Below, in pieces: positions 1 through 9,666 of a stretch of 64,000 nt of DNA. Location of the stretch: contig CAXXDN010000001.1 of assembly GCA_963667465.2 (NCBI GenBank), positions 832,001-896,000 of the forward strand, read 5' to 3'. Position numbers and translations under genes: made by a program. The notes below the pieces were generated by a model. It saw nothing but the letters and a program-made list of their open reading frames with translations, was not told where the DNA came from and searched no databases. Origin of the DNA: Dehalococcoidia bacterium (GTDB taxonomy: Bacteria; Chloroflexota; Dehalococcoidia; UBA2979). The first letter of the stretch is position 1, and every line of letters starts with the position of its first letter.

Positions 1-296
1 TGCTCGTCGGCGAGGCCTTCGCTGACGCGCATCAGGTCCTCGCGCATCGCGGCCTCGGTGTACTCGCCGACCTCGATGCGGTCGAGTTCGCTCTCGGTGA
101 GGTCGGGGATGAGCGTGACGATGTCGTCGATGCCGTTGTAGGGGAAGCGGAAGCCGCCGCCGGTGAAGAAGGTATTGCCGCCGCGCTCATCCTCGCTGGC
201 CTTCTCAAGGACGAGCACGCTCGCGCCCGCTTCCTGCGCCGCCAGCGCCGCGCAGAGCGCCGCGTTTCCGGCGCCGACGACCACCACGTCGTGCAT
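1..296 (-). CDS. tcuA: FAD-dependent tricarballylate dehydrogenase TcuA-like flavoprotein (N-terminal part; runs off window edge)
   Basis: Manual translation from ATG at 296: MHDVVVVGAGNAALCAALAAQEAGASVLVLEKASEDERGGNTFFTGGGFRFPYNG; FAD-binding GxG motif and RGGNTxFT motif. Confidence 0.75.
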   Translation of the reverse strand, partial: MHDVVVVGAGNAALCAALAAQEAGASVLVLEKASEDERGGNTFFTGGGFRFPYNGIDDIVTLIPDLTESELDRIEVGEYTEAAMREDLMRVSEGLADE

Positions 297-369
297 CTCG
301 CCCCCAGCCGTTTCGCGCGCCCTCGCGGCGCGCGCTCCATGCTACCACCGGCGCGGGTTTGGGCCGGGG

Positions 370-607
370 ATGGCGGGCGTGGGCTGCGGCACTGGACGGA
401 TGCTCGCTGCGTACGCCGAGCGCGAGGGCGAAGCGCTCGGGACGGACTACGAAGTCGTGCTGTTCTACGGCGAGTCCGAGGACGACCTGCGGAAGACACA
501 CTCCCGCTACTTCATCAAGCGGAAGCGCACCGGGAACGGGGGAGTCCCTCGATCTTGATCAGATCGGAGCGCTCATTGAAGAGTTGAGGAGCGTCGCGAC
601 CGCCTGA
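370..607 (+). pseudogene. Short, probably frameshifted gene remnant (EVVLF..ESEDDLRKTHSRYF motif)
   Basis: Coding-like segment in the 163..558 frame appears to continue as ESLDLDQIGALIEELRSVATA in another frame after a G-run near 538-543. Confidence 0.3.
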
Positions 608-756
608 CGGCCCAGCCTGCCTGGCGCCAGATCCCCGTCGCCCCGCGACCCCGACCGCCCCAACGCCTACCTCGCGCGGCGCGCCTCCGGTAGGCTGTCT
701 CGCGACCAGCGAGGCAACCGACCCGGACCCGGTGGACCGGCAGCGGAGGAGCGACG

Positions 757-2034
757 ATGGCGCCCGGTGCGCTCGATGGCGTGCGCGTGCTCGAGTTCTC
801 GCAGATCGCCGCGGGTCCCTACTGCGGCGTCAATCTCTCCGACCTCGGCGCCGACGTCGTCAAGGTCGAGCCGCGCGAGGGTGAGCACTACCGCAACGTC
901 GGCGCCGTCGTCCCCCGCGAGGGCAAGCGCTTCCAGTCCCTTAACCGCGGCAAGCGCGCCGTGGCGATCGACCTCAAGAGCGAGCGCGGCCAGGCCGTGC
1001 TGCACCGCCTGGTTCCGCGCTTCGATGTGCTGATGCACAACATGCGGCCCGGCGTCCCGGAACGCCTCGGCGTCGGCTACGAGCAACTCGCCGCCCTCCA
1101 CCCCGGCCTCATCTACTGCGAGATCAGCGCCTACGGCAGCGAGGGCCCTCGCGCCTTCGATCCGGCCACCGACGGCGCGATGACCGCCTACAGCGGCCTG
1201 ATGTCCGTGATCGGCCGCGTCGACCACGAGGGCACCCCGCAGTACACCCGCCCGCCGATCGTCGACTACGCAACCGGGCTGACCTCGGCGATGGCGATCG
1301 CGAGTGCGCTCTACCACCGCGAACGCACGGGCACGGGGCAGTTGATCCAGGCCTCGATGCTGCGCACCGCGCTCTCGCTGCTCGACTACCACGTGATGGA
1401 CGAGCCGGTCAGCGACTCCGTGACACGTGACCCGATGCTCGCTGAGATCGAGGAGGCGCGAACCGCCGGCAAGCCCTACCGCGACCAGATGGCGATCCGC
1501 GATCGCCATCGCATCACCGAGGCCGGCCCGCCGCGCCTCTACTACCGCTCCTATCAGGCGAAGGACGGCGCGATCGCCCTCGGCTGCCTCACGCCGCCGC
1601 TGCGCGCCGCCGCCCGCGCCGTGCTCGGCGTCGACGACGACGGCGACAGCCCCGACTACGACTCGACGGACCCGGAGAACGAGACGCGCTTCGAGCAGTG
1701 GAAGTCGCAGATCGAGCGCATGATGCGCGAGTACACCGTCGCGGAGTGGATGGAGCGCTTCGAGGAGGGCGGCGTACCGGCCTCGCCGGTGCGTTTCCCC
1801 GAGGACCTGCCGGAGGACGAGCAGGTCAAGGAGCTCGGCCTGATGTGGGACCTCGAACACCCGATCACCGGGCCGCAGCGCGTCGCGGGGCCGGTGGTGC
1901 AGATGTCGGAGACACCGACAGCCGTGCACGGCCCGGCCCCGGCCTACGCCGCCGACACCGACCAGGTGCTGCTGGAGCACGGCTTCAGCGTCCGCGAACT
2001 CACCTCGCTGCGTGAGGCGGACGTCATCGCATAG
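757..2034 (+). CDS. CaiB/BaiF family (type III) CoA transferase
   Basis: LDGVRVLEFSQIAAGPYC..LSDLGADVVKVEP, LNRGKR, HNMRPG motifs; RBS GGAGG. Confidence 0.93.
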   Translation: MAPGALDGVRVLEFSQIAAGPYCGVNLSDLGADVVKVEPREGEHYRNVGAVVPREGKRFQSLNRGKRAVAIDLKSERGQAVLHRLVPRFDVLMHNMRPGVPERLGVGYEQLAALHPGLIYCEISAYGSEGPRAFDPATDGAMTAYSGLMSVIGRVDHEGTPQYTRPPIVDYATGLTSAMAIASALYHRERTGTGQLIQASMLRTALSLLDYHVMDEPVSDSVTRDPMLAEIEEARTAGKPYRDQMAIRDRHRITEAGPPRLYYRSYQAKDGAIALGCLTPPLRAAARAVLGVDDDGDSPDYDSTDPENETRFEQWKSQIERMMREYTVAEWMERFEEGGVPASPVRFPEDLPEDEQVKELGLMWDLEHPITGPQRVAGPVVQMSETPTAVHGPAPAYAADTDQVLLEHGFSVRELTSLREADVIA

Positions 2035-2090
2035 CACGCAATCGCACGAGAGCGCCGGAGGACGAGAGCGCCGGAGGACGGGAGCGAACG

Positions 2091-3332
2091 ATGGACTGGA
2101 GCGACAACGAGGAGCAGCAGGACTTTCGCGAGAAGGTCCGCAGCCTGATCGCCGAGCGCCTCCCGGCGCGCTACCGCAGCGGCGGCGTCAACGCGCATCG
2201 CCTCGAGCGCACCTGGGAGTTCGACCGCAAGTCCGAGGACCGCGATCGCCGCGAGGCCGCCGTTGCCTGGTCGGACGCCCTCGCCGAGCACAACTGGGTG
2301 GCGCCCCACTGGCCGGAGGAGTACGGCGGCGGCGGGCTCAGCTCGATGGAGCAGTTCATCCTCAAGCAGGAGCTGGCAAGCTCCGGCGCACCGGCGGTCG
2401 GCGGCTCCGGCACCAACATGCTCGGGCCGACGCTGATCCTCAACGGCACCGAGGAGCAGCGGCGCGAGCACCTGCCGCGCATCCTCTCCGGCGAGGTGAC
2501 CTGGGCGCAGGGCTTCTCCGAGCCGGGCGCGGGCTCGGACCTCGCCTCGCTCTCCACCAGCGCGCGCCGCGACGGTGACGACTACGTGATCAACGGGCAG
2601 AAGATCTGGACCTCGGCAGCCCACACCGCCGACTGGTTCTTCCTGCTCACCCGCACCGACCCCGCCGCGCCGAAGCACCGCGGCATCTCTTTCCTGCTCG
2701 TCGACGGCAAGACACCGGGGATCGGCGTCCAGCCGTTGGTCGACATGAGCGACGTGCACTACTTCAACGAGACCTTCTACGAGGAGGTGCAGACGCCCGT
2801 CTCCAACCTCGTCGGCGAGGAGAACCGCGGCTGGTACGTGGCGATGAACCTGCTCGACTTCGAGCGCTCCAACATCGAGGGCGCCGTCTCGATGCAGCGC
2901 GGCATCGAGAAGCTGCTCTCCTACTGTGCGAGCGAGGAGGGCGCTGCGAAGTCGCTGCTCGGGCGCGGCGGGACGCTGCGCACCGAGGTCGCCGACCGCT
3001 ACATCGAGACGGATGTGATGTTCCAGTTCTCGGCGCGCGTGATCTCGATCCAGGCGGCGGGAATGGTGCCGAACTACGAGGCCTCGACCTCGAAGTTGTT
3101 CAACTCGGAGCTGCTGCAGCGGCTCTCGGCGACGAGTATCAGGACGTTCGGGTTGTACGGGCAGCTCTGGGGGCAGGGCACGGAGGACGGGCCGCAGAGC
3201 GCCTACGCCGCGCAGGGCGGCGCGCCGCCCTACAACTACCTGCGCGCCGTCCCCGCCACGATCCGTGGCGGCACCTCCGAGGTGCAGCGCAACATCATCG
3301 CCACCCGCGGCCTCGGCCTGCCTCGGGGGTAG
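2091..3332 (+). CDS. Acyl-CoA dehydrogenase family protein
   Basis: WAQGFSEPGAGSDLASL, INGQKIWTS, TIRGGTSEVQRNIIA motifs. Confidence 0.95.
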   Translation: MDWSDNEEQQDFREKVRSLIAERLPARYRSGGVNAHRLERTWEFDRKSEDRDRREAAVAWSDALAEHNWVAPHWPEEYGGGGLSSMEQFILKQELASSGAPAVGGSGTNMLGPTLILNGTEEQRREHLPRILSGEVTWAQGFSEPGAGSDLASLSTSARRDGDDYVINGQKIWTSAAHTADWFFLLTRTDPAAPKHRGISFLLVDGKTPGIGVQPLVDMSDVHYFNETFYEEVQTPVSNLVGEENRGWYVAMNLLDFERSNIEGAVSMQRGIEKLLSYCASEEGAAKSLLGRGGTLRTEVADRYIETDVMFQFSARVISIQAAGMVPNYEASTSKLFNSELLQRLSATSIRTFGLYGQLWGQGTEDGPQSAYAAQGGAPPYNYLRAVPATIRGGTSEVQRNIIATRGLGLPRG

Positions 3333-3349
3333 GCGGGGCGCCTCAACCT

Positions 3350-3436
3350 TCCGGCTCCCTCGCCCCTCGCGGGTAGGGCGGGTCGCTCACCCCTCCGGCT
3401 CCCTCGCCCCTTGCGGGAGAGGGTTGGGGTGAGGGG
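3350..3436. repeat. REP-like palindromic repeat family A (two degenerate units)
   Basis: TCCGGCTCCCTCGCCCCT repeated at 3350 and 3394; ends in GGGAGAGGGTTGGGGTGAGGGG as in other family A copies. Confidence 0.7.
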
Positions 3437-3500
3437 TAGCGCACGTTCCGAGACGCGGTATCCTTTCGTCGCGGGGCGTACGGCTGGGGAGGTGCTCACC

Positions 3501-5327
3501 GTGTCGATCTGGCTCATGACGCGCTCGAGGTTCCTCGCGTTGCTGCTGCTCGCCGCCGCGCTCGCCCTCGCCGCCTGCGGCGACGGCGACGATGAGGGCG
3601 ACGGGGATGAGCCCGACACGCCCGAGGCGATCGTCGGCTCGCTCAAGGAGAACGCCGCGGCGTTCGAGTACGAGATCGGAGAGCCGGGCGGCACGATCAC
3701 CTCGTCAACCATCGGCGAGCCGCTGACCTTCAACCTCGCGCTGGCGAATGATGCCTACTCAGCCGGCCTGCTTGGCCTGCTCTTCGACGGCTTGACCGAG
3801 GTCTCGTGGCTCACCGACGAGGCCGAGCCCTCGCTGGCCGAGTCCTGGGAGCACTCGGAGGACGGGCTGACCTGGACCTTCTCCCTGCGCCGCGATGTCA
3901 CCTGGCACGACGGCCAGCCGTTCACCGCCCACGACGTGGATTTCACCTTCAATCGCATCATCTACAACGAGGACATCCCGACGGATACCCGCGCGGCGTT
4001 CATCTTCCGCTTCCTCGAGGACGGCGAGTGGGTTGAGGACACGATGACCGTGACGGCGGTGGACGACTACACGGTGCGCTTCGTGCTGCCGACGTCGTTC
4101 GCGCCCTTCATCCGCTCGATGGGCACTGCGATCTACCCGCGCCACATCCTGGAGCCGCACGTCGACGACGGCACCTTCAACTCCGTCTGGGGCATCGATG
4201 CGGACCCGGCGACGGTGATCGGCACGGGGCCGTTCACCATCGAGAGCTACACCCCCGGCGAGCGCGTCGTGCTGCGGCGCAACCCGCACTACTGGCTGAA
4301 GGACGCCGAGGGCAACAGCCTCCCCTACATCGAGACCGTAGTGCATCTGCTCGTCGACGACATCGAGGCCGAGCTCGCTCTCTTCGAGGCGGGCGACACG
4401 GATGTGCACGGCGTCACAGGCGAGGAGTACGCGGGCCTCAAGCTGCTCGAGGACGAGGGCAACTTCACCATCTACCGGCGTGGCCCGGCCTTCGGGACCA
4501 CGTTCCTCGCCTTCAACCAGAACCCCGGCTCGAACGCCGAGCGCGGCGCGCCCTACGTCGCACCGGAGAAGCTCGCCTGGTTCAGCAACCAGCCGTTCCG
4601 CCGCGCCGTCGCGCACGCCATCGACAGGGACCGGATCGTAGCCGAGGTCATGCACGACCTCGGCTACCCGCAGTGGGCCGCGATCAGCCCGGCGGCGGGC
4701 GACTTCCACAACCCCGACGTGCGCAAGTACGAGTACGACGTCGAGGCGGCGAACGACATCCTCGACGGCCTCGGTTGGACGGACAGCGATGGCGACGGCG
4801 TGCGCGAGGACGGCGCGGGCAACCCGATCGAGTTCTCGCTGATCACGAACGAGGGCAACACCGTCCGCGAGCAGGTGGCGATGCGGATCGCCGAGGGGCT
4901 GGCCGCTCTCGGCCTCAAGGCGAACTACCAGGCGATCGACTTCGGCGACGTGGTCGAACGGCTGGTGACCTCGTACGAGTGGGAGGCGGTGGTGATCGGC
5001 CTGACGGGCGGCACGGAGCCGCACGACGGGATAGGCGTCTGGCACAGCAGCGCCGACCTGCACCTCTGGAATCCGAAGCAGGAGGCCGCGGCGACCGACT
5101 GGGAAGCGCAGATCGACGAGCTCTACATCCTCGGTAGCCAGGAACTGGATCGCGAGAAGCGGGTGGAGCACTACCGCCAGGCCCAGGCGATCGCCGCCGA
5201 GCAGGTGCCGCTGATCTACACGACGCTGCCCGAGCGCCTGAGCGCCGTGCGCAACGTCTTCGGCAACACCACCCCGACGCTCTACGGCCTCTGGGACATC
5301 CGCTACCTCTACCGCACGGACAACTGA
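3501..5327 (+). CDS. ABC transporter peptide/nickel-family substrate-binding lipoprotein (SBP family 5)
   Basis: Lipobox LALAAC; LAESWE..DGLTWTFSLR..WHDGQPFTAHDVDFT; GTGPF; GTG start 8 nt after GGAGG (alternative ATG 3516). Confidence 0.93.
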   Translation: MSIWLMTRSRFLALLLLAAALALAACGDGDDEGDGDEPDTPEAIVGSLKENAAAFEYEIGEPGGTITSSTIGEPLTFNLALANDAYSAGLLGLLFDGLTEVSWLTDEAEPSLAESWEHSEDGLTWTFSLRRDVTWHDGQPFTAHDVDFTFNRIIYNEDIPTDTRAAFIFRFLEDGEWVEDTMTVTAVDDYTVRFVLPTSFAPFIRSMGTAIYPRHILEPHVDDGTFNSVWGIDADPATVIGTGPFTIESYTPGERVVLRRNPHYWLKDAEGNSLPYIETVVHLLVDDIEAELALFEAGDTDVHGVTGEEYAGLKLLEDEGNFTIYRRGPAFGTTFLAFNQNPGSNAERGAPYVAPEKLAWFSNQPFRRAVAHAIDRDRIVAEVMHDLGYPQWAAISPAAGDFHNPDVRKYEYDVEAANDILDGLGWTDSDGDGVREDGAGNPIEFSLITNEGNTVREQVAMRIAEGLAALGLKANYQAIDFGDVVERLVTSYEWEAVVIGLTGGTEPHDGIGVWHSSADLHLWNPKQEAAATDWEAQIDELYILGSQELDREKRVEHYRQAQAIAAEQVPLIYTTLPERLSAVRNVFGNTTPTLYGLWDIRYLYRTDN

Positions 5328-5336
5328 GGCTGGTGG

Positions 5337-5480
5337 CTACGGTGGGACGGGGGTCCAGCTTCCACAGCCGCGGCTGACGAAGCCGGCATCTGCAGCTGCG
5401 ATGTCCACGGTGCTGACGGCCCCGGGCTCGGCGCTGCCGGCCTCGATGGTCTCGGCCTCGGATCCGCCGAAGCCGCTCAC
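5337..5480 (-). pseudogene. Remnant of a secreted-protein domain (SGFGGS..DAGFVSRGCGSW)
   Basis: 47-aa frame VSGFGGSEAETIEAG...VDIAAADAGFVSRGCGSWTPVPP resembles the C-terminal half of a lipoprotein repeat recalled from memory; no proper N-terminus. Confidence 0.35.
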
Positions 5481-5491
5481 CCGCCGCCGCG

Positions 5492-6679
5492 TCAGCTGAC
5501 GCGGCTGCCGTAGCCGACGATGCGGAAGGCGACACGGCGGGCGATCTGCTCGCGGCGTCGCGCCGGGAGCGACGCGAGGTGCGCCTCGTAGTCCGTCTCG
5601 ATCGCGTGGGCGAGCTGCGCCTCGGCGCGGCCGTCGAGGGCGACGTGCAGCTCCAGGATCACCTGCGTCTCGTTCGTCTCGCCGCCCAGCTCGCGGTAGG
5701 CGAAGCTCAGCTCCGCGCCGGACCAGCGAGGCGGCAGCGCCGTCTGCACGCTGGCGATCAGCTGCTCCAGCGCGACCCAGCCGCCGGGCACGTCGAAGAG
5801 CGCATCGACGGCGCGCGGGTCGGCGGGCACCTCGAGGCTGTCGGGCGTGCTCATCCGCCGGTCTTCCTGGTACCAGCGGAAGAACAGCACGGCGAGCGCG
5901 GCGATCACCATGAAGCTGCCGATGATCCAGAGCAGGAAGCCCGCCGCCTGCTGGTCGCCGTGCGCGGTGACATCGGCCCAGACGCGGGGCGCGCCCTCGT
6001 AGACGTCGTAGAGCGGGTCGTCGCGGAAGAGGTAGAAGGCGCCGACCACCTTGGGGAAGATGAACGGCGCGACGAGGTAGAGCATCCCCACCAGGTAGGG
6101 CGGCCGGTGGCGTCCGGCGAGCGGGCCGACCAGCGGCGACCAGAGCGCGACGGCGGCGGCGAGCCAGGCGGCCGTGATCGCGAACGAGCCCCACGGCGAG
6201 GGCCGCAGCGCGTCCACCACCGCCGGGAGGTGCGTCACCGCGAGCGCAATCCCGAACGTTGCGCCGCCCACGACCGGCGAGCCGAAGGCGCGCCGCAGTC
6301 GCTGCCTGGCGTGGTCGCGCAGACCGCTCGGCGGCTGCTCCGGGCGCGGGCGACCTCGGGGCAGGCCGAGCAGTATCAGCGGCGCCGCGCCGAGCGTGAT
6401 CAGCAGGTCCTGCAGCGCGTTCGCGCTCGCCAGGTAGCCGGCGGCGAGCGTGCCGAGCGGCCAGTCGAGGGCGGCCCAGAGCACGGCCAATCCGACCGCG
6501 AAGAGCAGGATCTGGTCGGCGCTGACCTCGGGGTCGCCGGTGCGGCGGTGTCCGGGGCTGAGCGAGCGCACCCGGAGGGCGTAGCCGAAGCCGATCGCGA
6601 TTAGCAGCAGCCAGACGGCGGGGTAGGGGGTCCAGCCCCAGTCCCAGGCTGCGCCTCCCGCGCTCGGCCACCAGCTCAC
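5492..6679 (-). CDS. Cytochrome c oxidase assembly protein (Caa3 CtaG-like) with C-terminal soluble extension
   Basis: Multiple TM helices; WAALDWPL, APLILLGLP, DQQAAGFLLW motifs. Confidence 0.75.
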   Translation of the reverse strand: MSWWPSAGGAAWDWGWTPYPAVWLLLIAIGFGYALRVRSLSPGHRRTGDPEVSADQILLFAVGLAVLWAALDWPLGTLAAGYLASANALQDLLITLGAAPLILLGLPRGRPRPEQPPSGLRDHARQRLRRAFGSPVVGGATFGIALAVTHLPAVVDALRPSPWGSFAITAAWLAAAVALWSPLVGPLAGRHRPPYLVGMLYLVAPFIFPKVVGAFYLFRDDPLYDVYEGAPRVWADVTAHGDQQAAGFLLWIIGSFMVIAALAVLFFRWYQEDRRMSTPDSLEVPADPRAVDALFDVPGGWVALEQLIASVQTALPPRWSGAELSFAYRELGGETNETQVILELHVALDGRAEAQLAHAIETDYEAHLASLPARRREQIARRVAFRIVGYGSRVS

Positions 6680-6742
6680 CGTCGTGCTCCCGCCCGCGCT
6701 GCCTCGTGCGCGTCCGAGTCTGCGCCGTGGCGCGCGCCGCCG

Positions 6743-7882
6743 CTACCCGCTCGCGAGGGCGACTCGCTCGCCGCGCAGCAGCACGAGGTCCGGCCGCTCG
6801 AGCAGCTCCGGCGACTCGCGCGGGTCGTTCGCGAACCAGACGAGGTCCGCGGGCGCGCCGTCCTCGAGGCCGGGCTCGCCCAGCAGCTCGCGCGCGGCGC
6901 TCGAGGCGGTCGCGAGGGCATCCCTGGGCTCGAGGCCCGCTTGCTGGAGGCGCGCGACCTCGCGCGTGACGGGCTGGACACCGTCGGTGCCGGCGAGCAG
7001 CGGCACGCCGAGCCGCCGCGCGCGCACGATCAGCGGCTCGATGCGATCGATGACGTCGTGCAGCCAGCGATCGACGGCCGCGCTCGGTGGCTGCCCGCGC
7101 CCGCCCGCAGCCATGTCCAGCATCAGCTCGTCGAGCGCGAGCGTGGGCGTCCAGGCAATACCGCGCCGCGCCAGCTCCTCGACCAGTCCCTCGTCGAGGC
7201 CCCAGCCGTGCTCGATCGAGTCGACACCGGCGGCGACGGCGCTGGCGGCGGCCTCGCGCGTGAAGGCATGCACGGCGATGCGGGCGCCGGCCGCGTGGAC
7301 GGCCTCGGTCGCGCCGCGCAGCTCCGGCTCGCGGTAGTTCACCATGCCCGGCACGCCGTCGACGGCCGGCGCGAAGTGCGGCGGGAAGTTGTCGAGGATC
7401 ACCTTCACCCAGGGCGAGTGCTGTTCGCGAACGCGGTGGGTGGCGTGCGCTTCCAGCTCCTCGGGCGCGGTGGGCTCCTGGATGCCGGTGAAGACGCCTT
7501 CCGGGGCGAGCGGCTGGCCCGAGGCGATCACCGGCGGCAGCCCGTCGTCGCGCGGCAGACCGAGCGTGGCCGGGAGCTTGGCGTCCCGCCGCGCGAACGC
7601 GCCCATGTCGCGCAGCAGCAGCACGCCGCGCTGCAGGAAGTCGCCGCGATTGCGGTCGATCACCTCGCGCGACCCGGCGGGAAGCTCCTTGTAGTCGCGG
7701 TTCGTGACGAGGTGGACGTGCGCGTCGACGAGGCCGGGGAGGACGTAGCCGCCCTCGCGAGCGAGCGGTTCGGCGCCGTCGATCGGCCGGGTGTGGATGC
7801 GCCCGCCGGCGATCCAGAGGTCGCCCGGCGCGTCGCCGTAGGGCAGCACGGTGGCCCGCAAATGGTAGGTGTGTGGCGGCAT
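6743..7882 (-). CDS. Amidohydrolase family protein (imidazolonepropionase-like)
   Basis: VLPGLVDAHVH, AVHA, SIEHG, LAGTD, GAPADLV motifs. Confidence 0.9.
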   Translation of the reverse strand: MPPHTYHLRATVLPYGDAPGDLWIAGGRIHTRPIDGAEPLAREGGYVLPGLVDAHVHLVTNRDYKELPAGSREVIDRNRGDFLQRGVLLLRDMGAFARRDAKLPATLGLPRDDGLPPVIASGQPLAPEGVFTGIQEPTAPEELEAHATHRVREQHSPWVKVILDNFPPHFAPAVDGVPGMVNYREPELRGATEAVHAAGARIAVHAFTREAAASAVAAGVDSIEHGWGLDEGLVEELARRGIAWTPTLALDELMLDMAAGGRGQPPSAAVDRWLHDVIDRIEPLIVRARRLGVPLLAGTDGVQPVTREVARLQQAGLEPRDALATASSAARELLGEPGLEDGAPADLVWFANDPRESPELLERPDLVLLRGERVALASG

Positions 7883-8056
7883 TCGCCGATGGTACGCGTG
7901 AGGCCGCGCAAGGGCAGCGCCGCGCTTCTGCGTCTTATGGCGAGCGTCAGGGTTGAAAGGCGATCCCTTAAGCGTGAGACTGTGAAGGAGAACCGCGGCG
8001 CCCGGACCCGGGCGTGCGGCCGGGGTGAGCGTTGCGGCTCATTTTGGGGGACCGAC

Positions 8057-8725
8057 ATGGGACTGCTGCAAGGGCTCGGACGGCTGTTCGGTGGGCAGAT
8101 CGCGGATCAGGTGGCGGCGCAGAGTGCGGAACCCCTCGAGTATCCCGCCGCGATCTCCCTTGAGGGCGTCACCCTGACGCTACGCTTCCTGGAGCGTGGC
8201 GACCGCGAGGCGATGCTCGACTTCGCGCGCAAGCTGCCCACGCACGACCTGCTCTTCCTGCGCCGCGACATCACGGACCCGGCCAACATCGACCAGTGGA
8301 TCGAGGACATCGAAGAGGGCTTCTACACGACGATCGCGGCCGTGAAGGACGACGCGATCGTCGGCTACACCTCGGTGGCCACGGACCGCCTCGGCTGGAC
8401 GCGGCACGTCGCGGAGCTGCGCGTGCTGATCTCGCACGAGATGCGCGGCAAGAACCTCGGGCGGCTGCTCACGGAGCAGGCCTTCGCGTTCGCCAAGCAG
8501 CGAGGCGTGAAGAAGATGATGGCGCAGATGACCACGGACCAGGAGGCTGCCGTCAAGGTCTTCAGCCGCATGGGCTTCCAGCGCGAGGCGCGCCTGCGCA
8601 ACCAGGTCATGGACCGCGACGGCGCGCTCCACGATCTGCAGCTCATGAGCCTGGACGTCGATGAGTTTCAGGCGAAGATCGACGTGATGCTGCTCAGCGC
8701 GCAGAACGAGTTCCTGGGCATCTAG
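8057..8725 (+). CDS. GNAT family N-acetyltransferase
   Basis: RGKNLGRLL acetyl-CoA motif, AVKVFSRMGF; ATG at 8057 within the long 6941..8725 ORF. Confidence 0.88.
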   Translation: MGLLQGLGRLFGGQIADQVAAQSAEPLEYPAAISLEGVTLTLRFLERGDREAMLDFARKLPTHDLLFLRRDITDPANIDQWIEDIEEGFYTTIAAVKDDAIVGYTSVATDRLGWTRHVAELRVLISHEMRGKNLGRLLTEQAFAFAKQRGVKKMMAQMTTDQEAAVKVFSRMGFQREARLRNQVMDRDGALHDLQLMSLDVDEFQAKIDVMLLSAQNEFLGI

Positions 8726-8754
8726 CGGCTTCAGCCTCCCGCCGAGGCGCCGCG

Positions 8755-9165
8755 ATGCCGCTGACCACCGCCGACCGTCTCGAGATCCTCGAGTTGCTCG
8801 GGCGCTACGCCCACGCGATCGACTCGGGCGACGGCGAGGCCTACGCCGATTGCTTCACCGCCGACGGCGTGATCGAACTGCGCCGCACGGGGCTGCACGT
8901 CCAGGGCCGCGAAGCCCTCATCGAGTTCGCGCGCGACGACCACGCGCGATCGGGCGCCGCCCGCCACATGACGAACAGCCCGATCATCGCGGGCGACGGC
9001 GACGAGGCAACGATGCGCGTCTACCTGCTGCGGCTCTACCAGGACCGCTCGCAAGACGCGGAGCGCGGCATCGGTCCCGTCGGCCTCTACCACGACACGC
9101 TGCGCCGCGTGGGCGGGCGCTGGCGCTTTGCGCTCCGCGAGGTGTTCGTAGACCCCCAGCGCTGA
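8755..9165 (+). CDS. SnoaL-like / NTF2 family protein
   Basis: DRLEILELLGRYAHAID, FTADG, RHMTN, GLYHDTLRR..GRWRF. Confidence 0.88.
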   Translation: MPLTTADRLEILELLGRYAHAIDSGDGEAYADCFTADGVIELRRTGLHVQGREALIEFARDDHARSGAARHMTNSPIIAGDGDEATMRVYLLRLYQDRSQDAERGIGPVGLYHDTLRRVGGRWRFALREVFVDPQR

Positions 9166-9189
9166 TCCCTGACGCCTCGCAGGGCGGCT

Positions 9190-9480
9190 TGGCCCACCCA
9201 CCCGCCATCAATGGATGCGGAGCTGCGCCCCGCGCCCCCTTTCGCGGGGCTCCGCCCCACGCTCCCACTCGGAACCCCCGAGGGCGCAACACCCGATCGA
9301 GGCATGAGCAGCGGCGGGCGAGCCCCCTCACCCCCACCCGCTCCCCCAGGAGAGGGGGCCGGATCGGCGCGCGGACCTTCCGAGGCGAGCAGCAGCGGGG
9401 GGGCAGGGGGGCGAGCCCCCACAGAAGAGGAAATCCGAGGGTGGGTGGGTGGGCCTGAGCCGCGCAGCGTGCTCGTCCGA
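9190..9480. repeat. Composite intergenic repeat: family A unit (9323-9360) and family B unit (about 9402-9479)
   Basis: CCCCCTCACCCCC..CTCCCCCAGGAGAGGGGGCC and GCCCCCACAGAAGAGGAAATCCGAGGGTGGGTGGG..GCGCAGCGTGCTCGTCC match copies elsewhere. Confidence 0.7.
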
Positions 9481-9666
9481 CGCCCGCCGCGCAAGTACCC
9501 TCGGGGGCCCACCCAACCCACGAGGGGTGCGATCCGGCTCCTTGACCCCGGCGGCGGAGGATGCGCCTCCGGCGGCGGCCGCTATACTCGCGGGCATTCG
9601 TACTCCCGGACATTCGAGCGCACTCGGGAGTGACGCCCGTAGTGAGTCGGGGCGGAGGGGGACGCG

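Noticed and set aside
2046-2077. 16-bp tandem duplication upstream of the acyl-CoA dehydrogenase
   Set aside because: Two copies only; probably a slippage duplication
8850-9633. ORFs spanning repeat clusters (also 13971..14453, 18150..18635, 29928..30863)
   Set aside because: Pro/Gly/Arg-rich translations of REP/MITE sequence rather than real proteins
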